Part shown: piece by piece, positions 50,472 to 60,202 of the stretch
Position numbering within the stretch: position 1 is the first letter of the stretch
Layout of the letters: every line of letters starts with the position of its first letter
Origin: an uncultured Nitrospiraceae bacterium
GTDB lineage: Bacteria; Nitrospirota; Thermodesulfovibrionia; Thermodesulfovibrionales; Dissulfurispiraceae
Direction of reading: 5' to 3'
DNA length: 64,000 nt
Assembly (NCBI GenBank): GCA_963727805.1
Contig: CAVSHF010000003.1
Location: 1,312,001-1,376,000, forward strand
Notes under the pieces: model-generated
The model's input: the letters and a program-made list of their open reading frames with translations, nothing else
The model's database searches: none
Told to the model about the DNA's origin: nothing
Made by a program: the position numbers and the translations under genes

Positions 50472-51002
50472 CTATTTCTCCTGTCGCTTCAACAGCGGAC
50501 TAATTTCGGATACGAGCCTCTTCGCATAATCACCGCTTATGCCGAGATGCTTGCTAGTGATCTTTCCATCACGGTCGATGATTACCGTCGTCGGGAGTGT
50601 AAAAGCGCCATACTGCTTCATTACCTGTCCGCTATCGATAGCAGCGTCATATGAAAGCCTGTATTCTTTTACAAATGACCTCACCCTCGCCATAGCATCA
50701 GGTCCCTCATCAGCCGCAATGGCGATTATCGCAACTCCTTTATCTTTATAGCGCGCATAAATGGATTGCAATTCAGGAGCTGAGATGCGGCATGGCTCGC
50801 ACCACGTGGCAAAGAATTCCAGAATGACCACCTTCCCCCGATAATCGGCAAGGGACACTTTCTTTCCGCCAATATCTTCGAGAACAAAAAGGGGTGCCGT
50901 GTTGCTGTCGGTCTGCTTCGGATTCTCATGACCCCTTGAACAGGACACTGCCAGCAATATAACGCAAACAAGGGACACCAAATGGACAAGCCGTCTTGTC
51001 AT
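50472..51002 (-). CDS. TlpA/ResA-family thiol-disulfide oxidoreductase lipoprotein
   Basis: Lipobox LAVSC, FFATWCEPC, LPTTVIIDRDG. Confidence 0.9.
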   Translation of the reverse strand: MTRRLVHLVSLVCVILLAVSCSRGHENPKQTDSNTAPLFVLEDIGGKKVSLADYRGKVVILEFFATWCEPCRISAPELQSIYARYKDKGVAIIAIAADEGPDAMARVRSFVKEYRLSYDAAIDSGQVMKQYGAFTLPTTVIIDRDGKITSKHLGISGDYAKRLVSEISPLLKRQEK

Positions 51003-51039
51003 ACCAAGAAGCTGGATTCTAAGCAATCCGGAGAAAGAA

Positions 51040-51369
51040 TTAGGTCAAAAGGGTGTCGATCTTTGATTTCAGCTGAGGCTTTGGAACCGCCCCGACGATC
51101 TGGTCGACTTTTTGCCCATCTTTAAAAAATATAATTGTAGGTATCCCCATGATCTTAAACTTACTTGCTATATCGGAGTTCTCATCGGTGTTAAGCTTTC
51201 CCACCTTGATTTTCCCCGCATAATCCTTTGCAAGCTCCTCAATGGTGGGGGCGACCATCCTGCAGGGACCGCACCATACAGCCCAGAAATCTACCATAAC
51301 GATACCTTTATATTCAGTTACTTCCTGGTCCCATGTAGCACTCGTAAGATTGACGATACCTTCTGCCAT
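51040..51369 (-). CDS. trxA: Thioredoxin
   Basis: VDFWAVWCGPC, GIPT. Confidence 0.97.
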   Translation of the reverse strand: MAEGIVNLTSATWDQEVTEYKGIVMVDFWAVWCGPCRMVAPTIEELAKDYAGKIKVGKLNTDENSDIASKFKIMGIPTIIFFKDGQKVDQIVGAVPKPQLKSKIDTLLT

Positions 51370-51608
51370 ACCAAAGCCTCCTTAGAAATAAATACTTGTT
51401 GAATTATAATGGAACAACCCTCTTTTGTCAATATTTACAAGCCGTTGTGAAGTGGCACAGCATACGACTTCAGCAGTTAATAACTTCGTATATTTATTTC
51501 GAATTCGTATCTGTGCTTTTACCTCTCGAACACCGGAATTCCTAATCTCCTAAGCTTGAAGGGCTTAGGATACTTTACAATCCCCGTGCAGTCTACTAAA
51601 ATTAGTCT

Positions 51609-52814
51609 ATGAAATATCTTGTAATTGGAAATGGTATCGCCGGCACAACAGCATCGCTGAACATCAGAAAATTTGACGCTAACGGCGAAATCACCATCAT
51701 CACCGAAGAGGACCTCCCCCTTTACAGCCGCATCCGGCTCCCTGAATATCTCGCAGGCGCGATCGACGAAAAAAAGCTGCTGCTCTACAATGACCTCTGG
51801 TATGAGCATAACAGGATTACTCTCATCACGAACAACAAGGTGGCCTCAATTGACGCTGGGAAAAAACTGATCTTCCTTAATGGAAATGTGCGAATCCCCT
51901 ATGACAAATTGCTCGTTGCGACCGGCAGCAGAGCATCTGTCCCTGCCCTGAGCGGCGTGGATAAAAAGGGGATATTCACCCTGAGAACGATTGCTGACGC
52001 GCGGAGGATCAAAGAATATGCAGAGAAGGCTGTTAGCATCGTCATCCTCGGTGGCGGAGTCCTCGGGCTCGAGATAGGCAATGCCCTCAGGAACATCGGC
52101 AAATCGGTGACTTTTGTCGAATATTTCCCTCGCCTCTTGCCAAGGCAGATGGATATCGAGGGATCACGCATCTTCAGGGGGAAACTCGAAAGTTACGGAC
52201 TGCGTTTTATTTTCGAAGCCAGGGCCGATCAAGTTCTCGGGAATGATACCGTAGAAGGCCTGATGCTGCTGGACGGCAGGTCTGTGATAGGTCAAATGCT
52301 TATTATTTCCGCAGGCATAATCCCGGAGATATCTCTCTTTAGCACCACGGGCATTGCCCTCGGCAAAGGGGTCCCGGTCAATGACCGCATGGAGACAGAA
52401 TTACCCGATGTCTATGCTGCCGGTGACGTGGTGGAATACCGCGGAACGGTTTATGGTATCTGGCCCGCTGCAGAGAAGCAGGGCGAGGTTGCCGGTATCA
52501 ATATGGCTGGGGGAAACACGAAGTACACTGGGACCACACCGTCACATACTCTAACTGTTGCAGGTATCGAAGTGGTGTCCGCTGGAGAGTTAGACCTTGA
52601 TTGCAAGCTCCCGGCTCTGGTATACAAAGATACGGGGGAAGGTATTTACAGAAAGATGGTTATCAGAGACAACTGTGTTGTGGGCTGCATCTTGTGCGGT
52701 GATACGACGGGAAGAAGAGAAATCATAGCGGCAGTCAAGGAGAGGCGCCCGGTCAAGGACATGCAGGAATCCTTTGAGAAACTAAATTTAATATGGATGC
52801 AGCCACAAGAATAG
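51609..52814 (+). CDS. NAD(P)H/FAD-dependent oxidoreductase (rubredoxin reductase / NirB N-terminal-like)
   Basis: IGNGIAG, YSRIRL, ATGS, GGGVLGLE, YAAGD, YRK.V. Confidence 0.88.
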   Translation: MKYLVIGNGIAGTTASLNIRKFDANGEITIITEEDLPLYSRIRLPEYLAGAIDEKKLLLYNDLWYEHNRITLITNNKVASIDAGKKLIFLNGNVRIPYDKLLVATGSRASVPALSGVDKKGIFTLRTIADARRIKEYAEKAVSIVILGGGVLGLEIGNALRNIGKSVTFVEYFPRLLPRQMDIEGSRIFRGKLESYGLRFIFEARADQVLGNDTVEGLMLLDGRSVIGQMLIISAGIIPEISLFSTTGIALGKGVPVNDRMETELPDVYAAGDVVEYRGTVYGIWPAAEKQGEVAGINMAGGNTKYTGTTPSHTLTVAGIEVVSAGELDLDCKLPALVYKDTGEGIYRKMVIRDNCVVGCILCGDTTGRREIIAAVKERRPVKDMQESFEKLNLIWMQPQE

Positions 52815-53161
52815 CTGAAGAGAGGATCAGGAAGGCGATGGAGGAGGGCGAATTCAACAACCTCCCGGGTGCCGGCAAACCGTTCTCCTTCGAAGATGAA
52901 ACGTGGATCCCCGAAGACCTCCGGCTCGCCTATCGCATTCTAAAAAATGCCGGATGTATTCCTCCTGAACTCGAACTGAAAAATGAGATCATCACGCTCA
53001 GAGACCTCATAGAGACGATCGATGACGACAAGGAGACACTTAAACGGCTCAGGCAGCTTAATTTCAAGATTATGAAGTTTAATATGATGCGAGAAAAACC
53101 CCTCTCCCTCGAACAGTTCCCCGAATATGAACAGGCGCTGTTCGACAAGGCAAGGGACTAA
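52793..53161 (+). CDS. DUF1992 (DnaJ-related) domain protein
   Basis: IAEERIRKAMEEGEFNNLPGAGKP, LRLAYRILKNAG.IPPE. Confidence 0.88.
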   Translation: MDAATRIAEERIRKAMEEGEFNNLPGAGKPFSFEDETWIPEDLRLAYRILKNAGCIPPELELKNEIITLRDLIETIDDDKETLKRLRQLNFKIMKFNMMREKPLSLEQFPEYEQALFDKARD

Positions 53162-55404
53162 ATTTCAGGTTGTTTCTGCTTTTGTTTTTGCTGAGCGTGG
53201 TAAAGAATCATGTACTCTTTTTCAATGTCTTCATACTGTTGCTCAAGAGCCTTCATTTTCCGGTCTTTCGCCATAAGCTGATCTTCCATCTCAGTTATTT
53301 TTGCCTCGAGTTCAGCAGTTTGCCCTGCTGGCGGCGCAGGCTCCACTAAAATTGCTGTGGGAATGTACTCCTCACCCGCTAAAAGTCTATTCAGCTCCTC
53401 CTCCCAATGCCTGAATTTATCGGAGAGACGGCTTTCCTCTTTTTCAAGGACCATAATATAAGATACAAGCTTACTGGTATCGTCTTCAAGGGCAGCCACA
53501 GAACTGCTGACTTCGTCCATGAGGCCATGAGACTCGGCAATGGCTTTAACCTTATCCTGCTGATCTTTGTTCCTTTGTGGTAGAGCTCCAAGCCGCATCC
53601 GGGCATTTTCGAGTATGTCCTTTACCAACATCAATTCCGCGATTATATTCTTTTGAAAGTCGATAATGCCAAGGAGCTTCTTGATCCTTTCGGACTCCGG
53701 CCCCGTTTCTTCCGCTGGAGCTCCAGTCGAGCCTGTAAGTTCGTCTGACGGCACTGCTTCAGCTGCAACTGCGACTTCAAGGATGTCGGGATCTTTCGCG
53801 ATCCCCGGCATTTCGGGCTTCTCCTCAATCGCCACTGCGTGCTCTTCCTCTTCTATTGTGACTGTTTCGATATTCTCCAAGCTTTCAAGCGGTTTCTGGG
53901 TAGGAAGACCGGAATGCTCACTGAGTGCAGCAAGGTAAAGCGTCCTGTATCTTCTGCCCCGCACAAAAAGAAAGACAGCAAGGGCAATCAGAGTTATGTC
54001 CGTGATCCCGACCAACAGCAGCGTCTTCTCCCAATCGATCTCTTCAGCAGCACGCAATGGGGGCATTGCCTTTTCAGCAGTCTGCGTCTGCACTTGCGCT
54101 AGAACAGCGGGCGGGGCAGAAGGTTCGACTGCCTTGAAAAAAAGGTCCTTCATCCTGTTGAAGGTCTTACCTTCAGCAGATAACTTAACCATGTAATCAC
54201 CCGACTGGGTTGTGGTGAATTCGCCTGCATAGATACCCTCATCAGGGGCAGCCTTCCCGGTAAGCGGTATTTTAAGGCTTTTACTGTCGGGGCCGATTAC
54301 CTCGGCAAAGAAATTGACTTGATCAAGGACGTCTTTTTCTGCAATCCTTTTGTCGTCCTTTTCGAGCCAGGCATCGATGACAACTTTATCCCCCTTGGTA
54401 AGAGCATTCTTCCCAAAGGAGCTTTTAAGCTTAAGGTTCGTCAGAACAAATATCCGGTTACCTTCACGACTGCTGAGTCTCACCTTCCATTTTCCCGCCG
54501 TCGGCTCCTGGACCGTGATCATATCAAAAATATTGGAGCTATACCATTGAATGTTCTTCGCCGATCTTCCCTGAATATTCTTTTTGCCGGAAGGGTCGAT
54601 CAGAACGGTCGTGGTCCCTGCCTTTTTCGTGATAAGAAGGACTGCTTCCCTGATATCCCCGTCGATCGTAAAGGTGTCTCCCTGGAGCGCGACCGAATCA
54701 GGAGATTTTATTTTCTCGAAGATCGAAGCAAACATGATATGGATATCCTTGTCGGTCGCCGCATATCTGAAAAAGCCCCCTGTCTTTTCCGCCATATCGC
54801 TCAGGAGCCCCGAATCGGACAGCTCTGAAAAAGCGACAGTATAGATTTTTATTTCAGCCTTGTTCACTTCAGGCAGCAACTTCATGAGATTTTCGAGAGA
54901 GGCTGCATCCTTCCGGGGATCACCGAGTGCAAGCTTTCCATCGGACATAAGGATTAGGGCCCTATTTTTCCTATTCGAAGACTGAAGCTCTTCAAAACCC
55001 TTTTTCACTGCCCCGGTAATATCTGTCGAGAATTCCCTTGACGTTATTTTTTTGACGGCATTGGAAAACGCGGTCCGATTATTCCTTATATTGGATGTCA
55101 AAGGAATGAGCGTCTTTGCCGAATCGCCGAAGCTGATAAGGCCAGCCTTATCGTCTTCCCCCAAAAGGGATATAAAAAGACGCGCCGCATCTTTTCGGTA
55201 ACTCCGGGGATCGGTTTTCTTCATGCTGCCGGAACTATCTATTAAGAGAATTATGTCAAAACCCTGATCTTCCTTTTGATGCACATCGGATGCAGCGGGA
55301 GGGATTTCCTTCACAACCTTTTTAAGCTCGGCGGAAGGGGCAACGGAGGTCAGGACAAGGAAACCAAGGATAAGCACAACAAATGCCATTCGCCTGTTCT
55401 TCAT
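53158..55404 (-). CDS. Exported VWA-domain protein with TM helix and cytoplasmic acidic/coiled-coil tail
   Basis: Signal peptide, MIDAS DSSGS..T..SDG, TM LLLVGITDITLIALAVFLFV, heptad-rich C-terminus. Confidence 0.8.
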   Translation of the reverse strand: MKNRRMAFVVLILGFLVLTSVAPSAELKKVVKEIPPAASDVHQKEDQGFDIILLIDSSGSMKKTDPRSYRKDAARLFISLLGEDDKAGLISFGDSAKTLIPLTSNIRNNRTAFSNAVKKITSREFSTDITGAVKKGFEELQSSNRKNRALILMSDGKLALGDPRKDAASLENLMKLLPEVNKAEIKIYTVAFSELSDSGLLSDMAEKTGGFFRYAATDKDIHIMFASIFEKIKSPDSVALQGDTFTIDGDIREAVLLITKKAGTTTVLIDPSGKKNIQGRSAKNIQWYSSNIFDMITVQEPTAGKWKVRLSSREGNRIFVLTNLKLKSSFGKNALTKGDKVVIDAWLEKDDKRIAEKDVLDQVNFFAEVIGPDSKSLKIPLTGKAAPDEGIYAGEFTTTQSGDYMVKLSAEGKTFNRMKDLFFKAVEPSAPPAVLAQVQTQTAEKAMPPLRAAEEIDWEKTLLLVGITDITLIALAVFLFVRGRRYRTLYLAALSEHSGLPTQKPLESLENIETVTIEEEEHAVAIEEKPEMPGIAKDPDILEVAVAAEAVPSDELTGSTGAPAEETGPESERIKKLLGIIDFQKNIIAELMLVKDILENARMRLGALPQRNKDQQDKVKAIAESHGLMDEVSSSVAALEDDTSKLVSYIMVLEKEESRLSDKFRHWEEELNRLLAGEEYIPTAILVEPAPPAGQTAELEAKITEMEDQLMAKDRKMKALEQQYEDIEKEYMILYHAQQKQKQKQPEI

Positions 55405-55524
55405 ATCTCAACTCCGGTCCGAGATTATCAAATATAAGTATACAACAAAAATATATGTGGTTGTTTGAAAATATCACGTCTCAAATCCTCGACTCTGATG
55501 ATGCCGTTTAAGTTAAAATAAACT

Positions 55525-57402
55525 ATGTCCACAACGACACTATCTCAGGCTTCCGTAGAATTCCTCATAAAAATGGTCGCTGACTCCATGGACTATTACG
55601 AACCTCGCCCGTGCCAGATCGAGATGATGGATGCCTGCGCGCGGACTATCGAAGAAGGCGGTATGCTAATGGCGGAGGCCGGGACAGGCACGGGCAAGAC
55701 CTTTGCCTATCTGGTGCCGAGCATCATCTCCGGGAAAAAAACGATTGTTTCCACAAGGACCATCAACCTCCAGGAACAGCTGGCCCATAAGGACCTCAAA
55801 TTTCTGTCCTCGATTGTCGAGGTCGACTATGCCGTCGCAAAAGGCAGAGGGAACTATCTCTGCCTGAGGCGCCTGAACGCGTTCAGACACGAGACCGATG
55901 AAGAAGAGCGCGAATACCGTTCTATCCTTCAATGGGCATCTGAAACCAAGGATGGAGATGTCGACGACTATGGGGTCGTGCGGTTCTCCCTGTGGGATCG
56001 GATATCGGCCGACCCCGATGCGTGCAAATGGAAGAAGTGCGGCTATTATGGCCAGTGCTTTTATTTCGCGGCTCGTCGACGATGGGCTGCGGCACAGATC
56101 ATTGTTGCCAACCATTCGATCATAGGCATCAACGCCATGCTACCCGAAGACTCGAAACTGTTCCCAGATGCCGAAGTTCTTATTGTCGATGAGGGTCACG
56201 CACTTGATCATGCACTTACCGACCAGATCGGTCTGAACATCTCGAACCGCGTTTTTGACTATGTCTTCAACAAGCTACTCAAGGTGAGCGATAAGGGGAC
56301 ATATAAAGGGCTTCTCTCGCAGTCTCCTAACCTTTTTCCTGCTGTCGAATCGCTGAGGAGCGAGGTCGAGCTATTCTGGATACTGCTCAGAAGGTCCCAT
56401 AGAGACGAGGAGATGATCAGGGGAGCCTTCGAACTCAAAGAACCTCTACTAAAGCTTTCTGAATCCATTCAGGAACTCATCGAAAATATGCGATCGGCGA
56501 CGATGGGACTTTTCGAGGAGGACGAGGAGCTTGAATTAAGGGCTGCCCTCATCAAACTCAATGCCCTTTCCGAGGCCATCGAGCAATTCCCAGAAGGGCT
56601 TCCCGACTATATACGCTGGATCGAGATTGAGGAAAGAAGGACCTCCCTGAGGATGTCGCCGGTCTATCCGCGGGATTTTATCATCAAGAGTATGCTTCCG
56701 GCCCATGAATCGATAATCGTCACTTCGGCCACACTATCAGTTTCGGGTGATTTCAGATTTTATGAACATATACTCGGTCTGGAAAGTGCCGGGAAAAAGG
56801 CGTTCCCCTCTCCTTTCGACCTTGCACGACAGGCAGTGATTGAGATCAGACGGGGCATTGATTTGAGGAATGATCCTCAGAGCATAGGAAGACTTTCGGA
56901 GGTCATTATTGAAGAAGCGTCGAGAAAAGATGGTGGCATCCTCATCCTTTTTACTTCCAGGGATATAATGAAACGAACCTGGGACGTAACCGCTTCAGCT
57001 CTAAGGATACTGGGACATATCGCGATGATGCAGGGCGAGCACCTTCAGAACAGGACCATGCTCGAAATCATGAGGGAGAGCGACAATGCGGTCATCTTCG
57101 GCCTTGACTCTTTCTGGGAAGGGGTAGACATTCGAGGGGATGCGCTCAAATGCCTCATAATCACCAAACTGCCCTTCGAAGTGCCGACAGAGCCGATTAC
57201 GCTTGCACGGACAGAGGACATTGAGCAAAGGGGAGGAAACTCTTTTTATGAATATTCCTTGCCCCGTGCCGTGATTAAGTTCAGACAAGGCTTCGGCAGG
57301 CTTATTAGATCAAAGACCGATACCGGAAGAATTGTCATATGCGACGACCGCATCGAAACGAAAAGATACGGAAAGAAGTTTTTACAGAGCATTCATGGTT
57401 GA
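55525..57402 (+). CDS. DinG/YoaA family ATP-dependent DNA helicase
   Basis: EAGTGTGKT, KGRGNYLC, Fe-S Cys residues, DEGH, SATL, FWEGVD, QGFGRLIR. Confidence 0.95.
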   Translation: MSTTTLSQASVEFLIKMVADSMDYYEPRPCQIEMMDACARTIEEGGMLMAEAGTGTGKTFAYLVPSIISGKKTIVSTRTINLQEQLAHKDLKFLSSIVEVDYAVAKGRGNYLCLRRLNAFRHETDEEEREYRSILQWASETKDGDVDDYGVVRFSLWDRISADPDACKWKKCGYYGQCFYFAARRRWAAAQIIVANHSIIGINAMLPEDSKLFPDAEVLIVDEGHALDHALTDQIGLNISNRVFDYVFNKLLKVSDKGTYKGLLSQSPNLFPAVESLRSEVELFWILLRRSHRDEEMIRGAFELKEPLLKLSESIQELIENMRSATMGLFEEDEELELRAALIKLNALSEAIEQFPEGLPDYIRWIEIEERRTSLRMSPVYPRDFIIKSMLPAHESIIVTSATLSVSGDFRFYEHILGLESAGKKAFPSPFDLARQAVIEIRRGIDLRNDPQSIGRLSEVIIEEASRKDGGILILFTSRDIMKRTWDVTASALRILGHIAMMQGEHLQNRTMLEIMRESDNAVIFGLDSFWEGVDIRGDALKCLIITKLPFEVPTEPITLARTEDIEQRGGNSFYEYSLPRAVIKFRQGFGRLIRSKTDTGRIVICDDRIETKRYGKKFLQSIHG

Positions 57403-57411
57403 GGAGGTATT

Positions 57412-57615
57412 ATGAACATAGTTTTTTCTGAAGGCGGTAATGTCCTGATCGACTTCGAAATCGCAAAAGATTCCCATGTCTATTTCAATAATGGCATCAT
57501 CGATTTTTACCGGGAATGGGAAGAACTTCCAGCTCATAGCGGAGAAAAATTCCTGAAGATCGCAGAATTGGTATATCAGACGCTCAATGCTGAATTAATG
57601 AAACTGACGAAATAA
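57412..57615 (+). CDS. Hypothetical protein (67 aa)
   Basis: GAGGAGG RBS directly after the helicase stop. Confidence 0.65.
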   Translation: MNIVFSEGGNVLIDFEIAKDSHVYFNNGIIDFYREWEELPAHSGEKFLKIAELVYQTLNAELMKLTK

Positions 57616-57723
57616 CATAGACTAATATCGTTGCTATTACAACCAATTCCGACTCCATATCAGGTTTGATTCGCTGATAATAATAGGGCAGCAATGAGAA
57701 TCTACATCCTGAGCAACATTTTT

Positions 57724-57766
57724 TGTGAGCAAGGTCACATATTAGAACTCAAAATTAACCTAGAAT
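57724..57766 (+). promoter_or_regulatory. CRP/FNR-family site with class II promoter geometry
   Basis: TGTGA-GCAAGG-TCACA (57724-39) and -10 TAGAAT (57761-66) place the site centre at -41.5. Confidence 0.6.
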
Positions 57767-57840
57767 TAAATTAGGCAGCTGGCTGACGCTGTCAAGATTT
57801 CGTAAAATGAAGCACTGCAGCACAGCAAGGAGGCATAGAC

Positions 57841-58026
57841 GTGGTATTACCGAACTTAGGATTGTTTTCAATAGGCGCTATCGCACTTTGTATCGGCGTT
57901 GTCATCTCCGTTAAAGACTATGCAAGCAAACAACTGAAATGTAAAAAATGTGGCGCAAAAGAAATGCGCACAAGAGCTGGGCATTTAGTATGTAAAAATG
58001 GTCATAAAATCATAATAGGCAAATAA
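57841..58026 (+). CDS. Small membrane-anchored zinc-ribbon-like protein
   Basis: AAGGAGG RBS, GTG start, TM helix, CKKC...CKNGH. Confidence 0.6.
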   Translation: MVLPNLGLFSIGAIALCIGVVISVKDYASKQLKCKKCGAKEMRTRAGHLVCKNGHKIIIGK

Positions 58027-58204
58027 GACAGCTGCATTAGCTTTAGTAGTCAAGCACGAAATAGAAGTCAAGCAAATGCAGTTGGCTATGGCATTCCTCA
58101 TAGCAGGAGAAGAGGGTTATTTTGTTATGACATGCATCACATCCCGCTCATTAGAGCGCAAATCGTACCACTTTGCATAACACCTGTCAATGTTATAAAA
58201 GATC

Positions 58205-58239
58205 TTGCTATTAGAGGACATTATCATATTGCCGTAACC
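58205..58239. mobile_element. Isolated IS-end fragment flanked by 14-bp direct repeats
   Basis: 27/35 identity to the IS end at 7451-7485; TGTTATAAAAGATC at 58191 and 58240. Confidence 0.5.
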
Positions 58240-58445
58240 TGTTATAAAAGATCGGTTCTCCAGAGAAATGAATTGTTATATTTCAGGTTTAGTTTTCTCG
58301 TTGAAATGCCTAATCCAACTCGACTGATGCATCTTTTAGTGACTAACATCACCAAATGCGAAATATCATCACTTTGGGTCTTACCTTCTGATATAAAATG
58401 AGCTATGATAATGATACGAAGAACCGAACTTGGGAGGGTAGCAAT

Positions 58446-58718
58446 ATGTTTATAAGAGTTGTATACCACGACAATACATACGATGCTATTCCTGCTTTTA
58501 TCCTCCAACTCGGCATCGATTGCAAAAAGGTCAAAATGTTTTATCGCAATTCCGAAAGAAGATGGATTACTGTGGGCGTAGATCCCATGAGAAAGACAGC
58601 GCAGATATTAGCTCCTCCTGCTGGCGCTGAAAGACGTGCTCCTCAGATCTTCGAAAGACCTCTTTTACGGAACAGGATCGCATGCCAGCTCAGCGAAATT
58701 AATAAGCAACTTTCCTGA
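58446..58718 (+). CDS. GSU3473-like small protein
   Basis: MFIRVVYHDNTYD...FYR...W.TVGVDPMR...ERR pattern; GGGAGG RBS. Confidence 0.7.
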   Translation: MFIRVVYHDNTYDAIPAFILQLGIDCKKVKMFYRNSERRWITVGVDPMRKTAQILAPPAGAERRAPQIFERPLLRNRIACQLSEINKQLS

Positions 58719-58928
58719 GGCAAAGTTTCGCAACACAGATTATCGAAAGCAGCGCCGATCTATCGATATCACAGCCGCTTTTAAGACATGCGAACATCCG
58801 CAGTACTCAGTCTATTCCCATGCAAACGTCATGAAGCTTCAGGACGTGGTAAACACCCGGGGCTTAGTTGGAAGCTTAGTGAACGAGTCAGGGAAGAAAT
58901 AACCTCTAATCTTTCAATAAGTTTGAAA

Positions 58929-59015
58929 CGGAGAGGGGGGGATTCGAACCCCCGGTGAGGTTGCCCCCACAACGGTTTTCGAGACCGCCGCTTTCAACCG
59001 CTCAGCCACCTCTCC
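58929..59015 (-). tRNA. tRNA-Ser(CGA)
   Basis: GGAGAGG acceptor stem, anticodon loop CT-CGA-AA, long variable arm, GGTTCGAATCC; CCA not encoded. Confidence 0.97.
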
Positions 59016-59123
59016 AGGGCCACTCAAAGACGGTTTGTTATTATACATGAATGATTTTTTCCCGGTCTACTTTAAGTGATCTGAAAGGATGAGGAATCAA
59101 GAAATTTTTAAAAAAGCGGTTTG

Positions 59124-59591
59124 TCAGGTGCCGCTTCTCCGTTCGCTAAAAAAGCTTTTAAGCAACTGTGAGCACGCTGCTTCGAGCACCCCCGAGACGA
59201 CCTCTACCTGATGGTTGAGCCTGTTGTCTGAGAGCAGCCGGTACAGGTTTGCGACAGCGCCTCCCTTTACATCGCTGCATCCATAAACAAGCCGCCCGAG
59301 GCGGGCATTCACCATTGCACCGGCACACATCGGGCAGGGCTCTTTTGTGACATAAAGGGTGGCGTCTAAAAGTCTCCATTTCCCGAGCTTCTGCGCGCCT
59401 TCCCTGATGGCCATAATTTCGGCATGGCCGGTGGGATCATAGGATGTTTCCCTGTTATTGTGAGTTGACGCTATCGCCTGCCCGGCGACGACCAAAACCG
59501 CACCAACCGGAACCTCTCCCTCTCTGAAGGCCGCCTGTGCCTCCCTGAGGGCTAACCTCATGAAATTAACGTCTTGATCCACTTCACCCAC
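59124..59591 (-). CDS. tadA: tRNA adenosine(34) deaminase
   Basis: GEVPVGAV, HAE, EPCPMCAGA, LNH. Confidence 0.95.
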   Translation of the reverse strand: MGEVDQDVNFMRLALREAQAAFREGEVPVGAVLVVAGQAIASTHNNRETSYDPTGHAEIMAIREGAQKLGKWRLLDATLYVTKEPCPMCAGAMVNARLGRLVYGCSDVKGGAVANLYRLLSDNRLNHQVEVVSGVLEAACSQLLKSFFSERRSGT

Positions 59592-60202
59592 TGTTCGATA
59601 CCTTCTCCTGTCTTGCTCGACACTTCAAAGATCTCCATTGAAGGATTGAGGGAACGGGCATCCCGCTTGATCTTCTCGACATCTACATCAAGGAACGGCT
59701 TGAGGTCGATCTTGCTGATCAGAAGGGCCTTGGACTCCTGGAAGATAATGGGGTATTTCAACGGTTTGTCATGCCCTTCGGTGAGGCTCAGAATTGCAAC
59801 CTTGATATCTTCACCAAGCTTAAACTCCGCCGGGCAGACAAGGTTTCCAACGTTTTCGATAAAGAGCAGCCTGATAGAATCGAGCGGCAATTCGTCAAGG
59901 ACGTCTGAAATCATGCTGGCATCTAGATGACAGGCCCCTCCCGTATTGATCTGCACTACAGGCACACCTAGACGATCAATGCGCTCGGCATCGTCAGTCC
60001 CCATTATGTCTCCTTCGATGACGCCCAGATTCACTTCATCACCGAGAGTCCTGATCGTCGTTTCGAGCAGCGTCGTTTTGCCGGCACCAGGAGAACTGAT
60101 AAGGTTAATAACAAAGATGCCTCTGTCGTCGAAGGACTTCCGGTTCCCTTCTGCGATCCGCTCATTGGCGGTGAGGATCTTGTTCGCAAGCTTCAGCTTC
60201 AT
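59558..60202 (-). CDS. hypB: Hydrogenase nickel-insertion GTPase HypB
   Basis: SSPGAGKT, GGACHLDA, ENVGNLVCPA, DKPLKYP. Confidence 0.97.
   Translation of the reverse strand: MKLKLANKILTANERIAEGNRKSFDDRGIFVINLISSPGAGKTTLLETTIRTLGDEVNLGVIEGDIMGTDDAERIDRLGVPVVQINTGGACHLDASMISDVLDELPLDSIRLLFIENVGNLVCPAEFKLGEDIKVAILSLTEGHDKPLKYPIIFQESKALLISKIDLKPFLDVDVEKIKRDARSLNPSMEIFEVSSKTGEGIEQWVKWIKTLIS

Noticed and set aside
57616..58928. Integrative island at the tRNA-Ser 3' end
   Set aside because: No integrase and no duplicated tRNA 3' end (att) seen in the window.
58929..59015. Long-variable-arm tRNA as a possible tRNA-Sec supporting the UGA
   Set aside because: The anticodon is CGA with a normal 7-bp acceptor stem, so it is tRNA-Ser.
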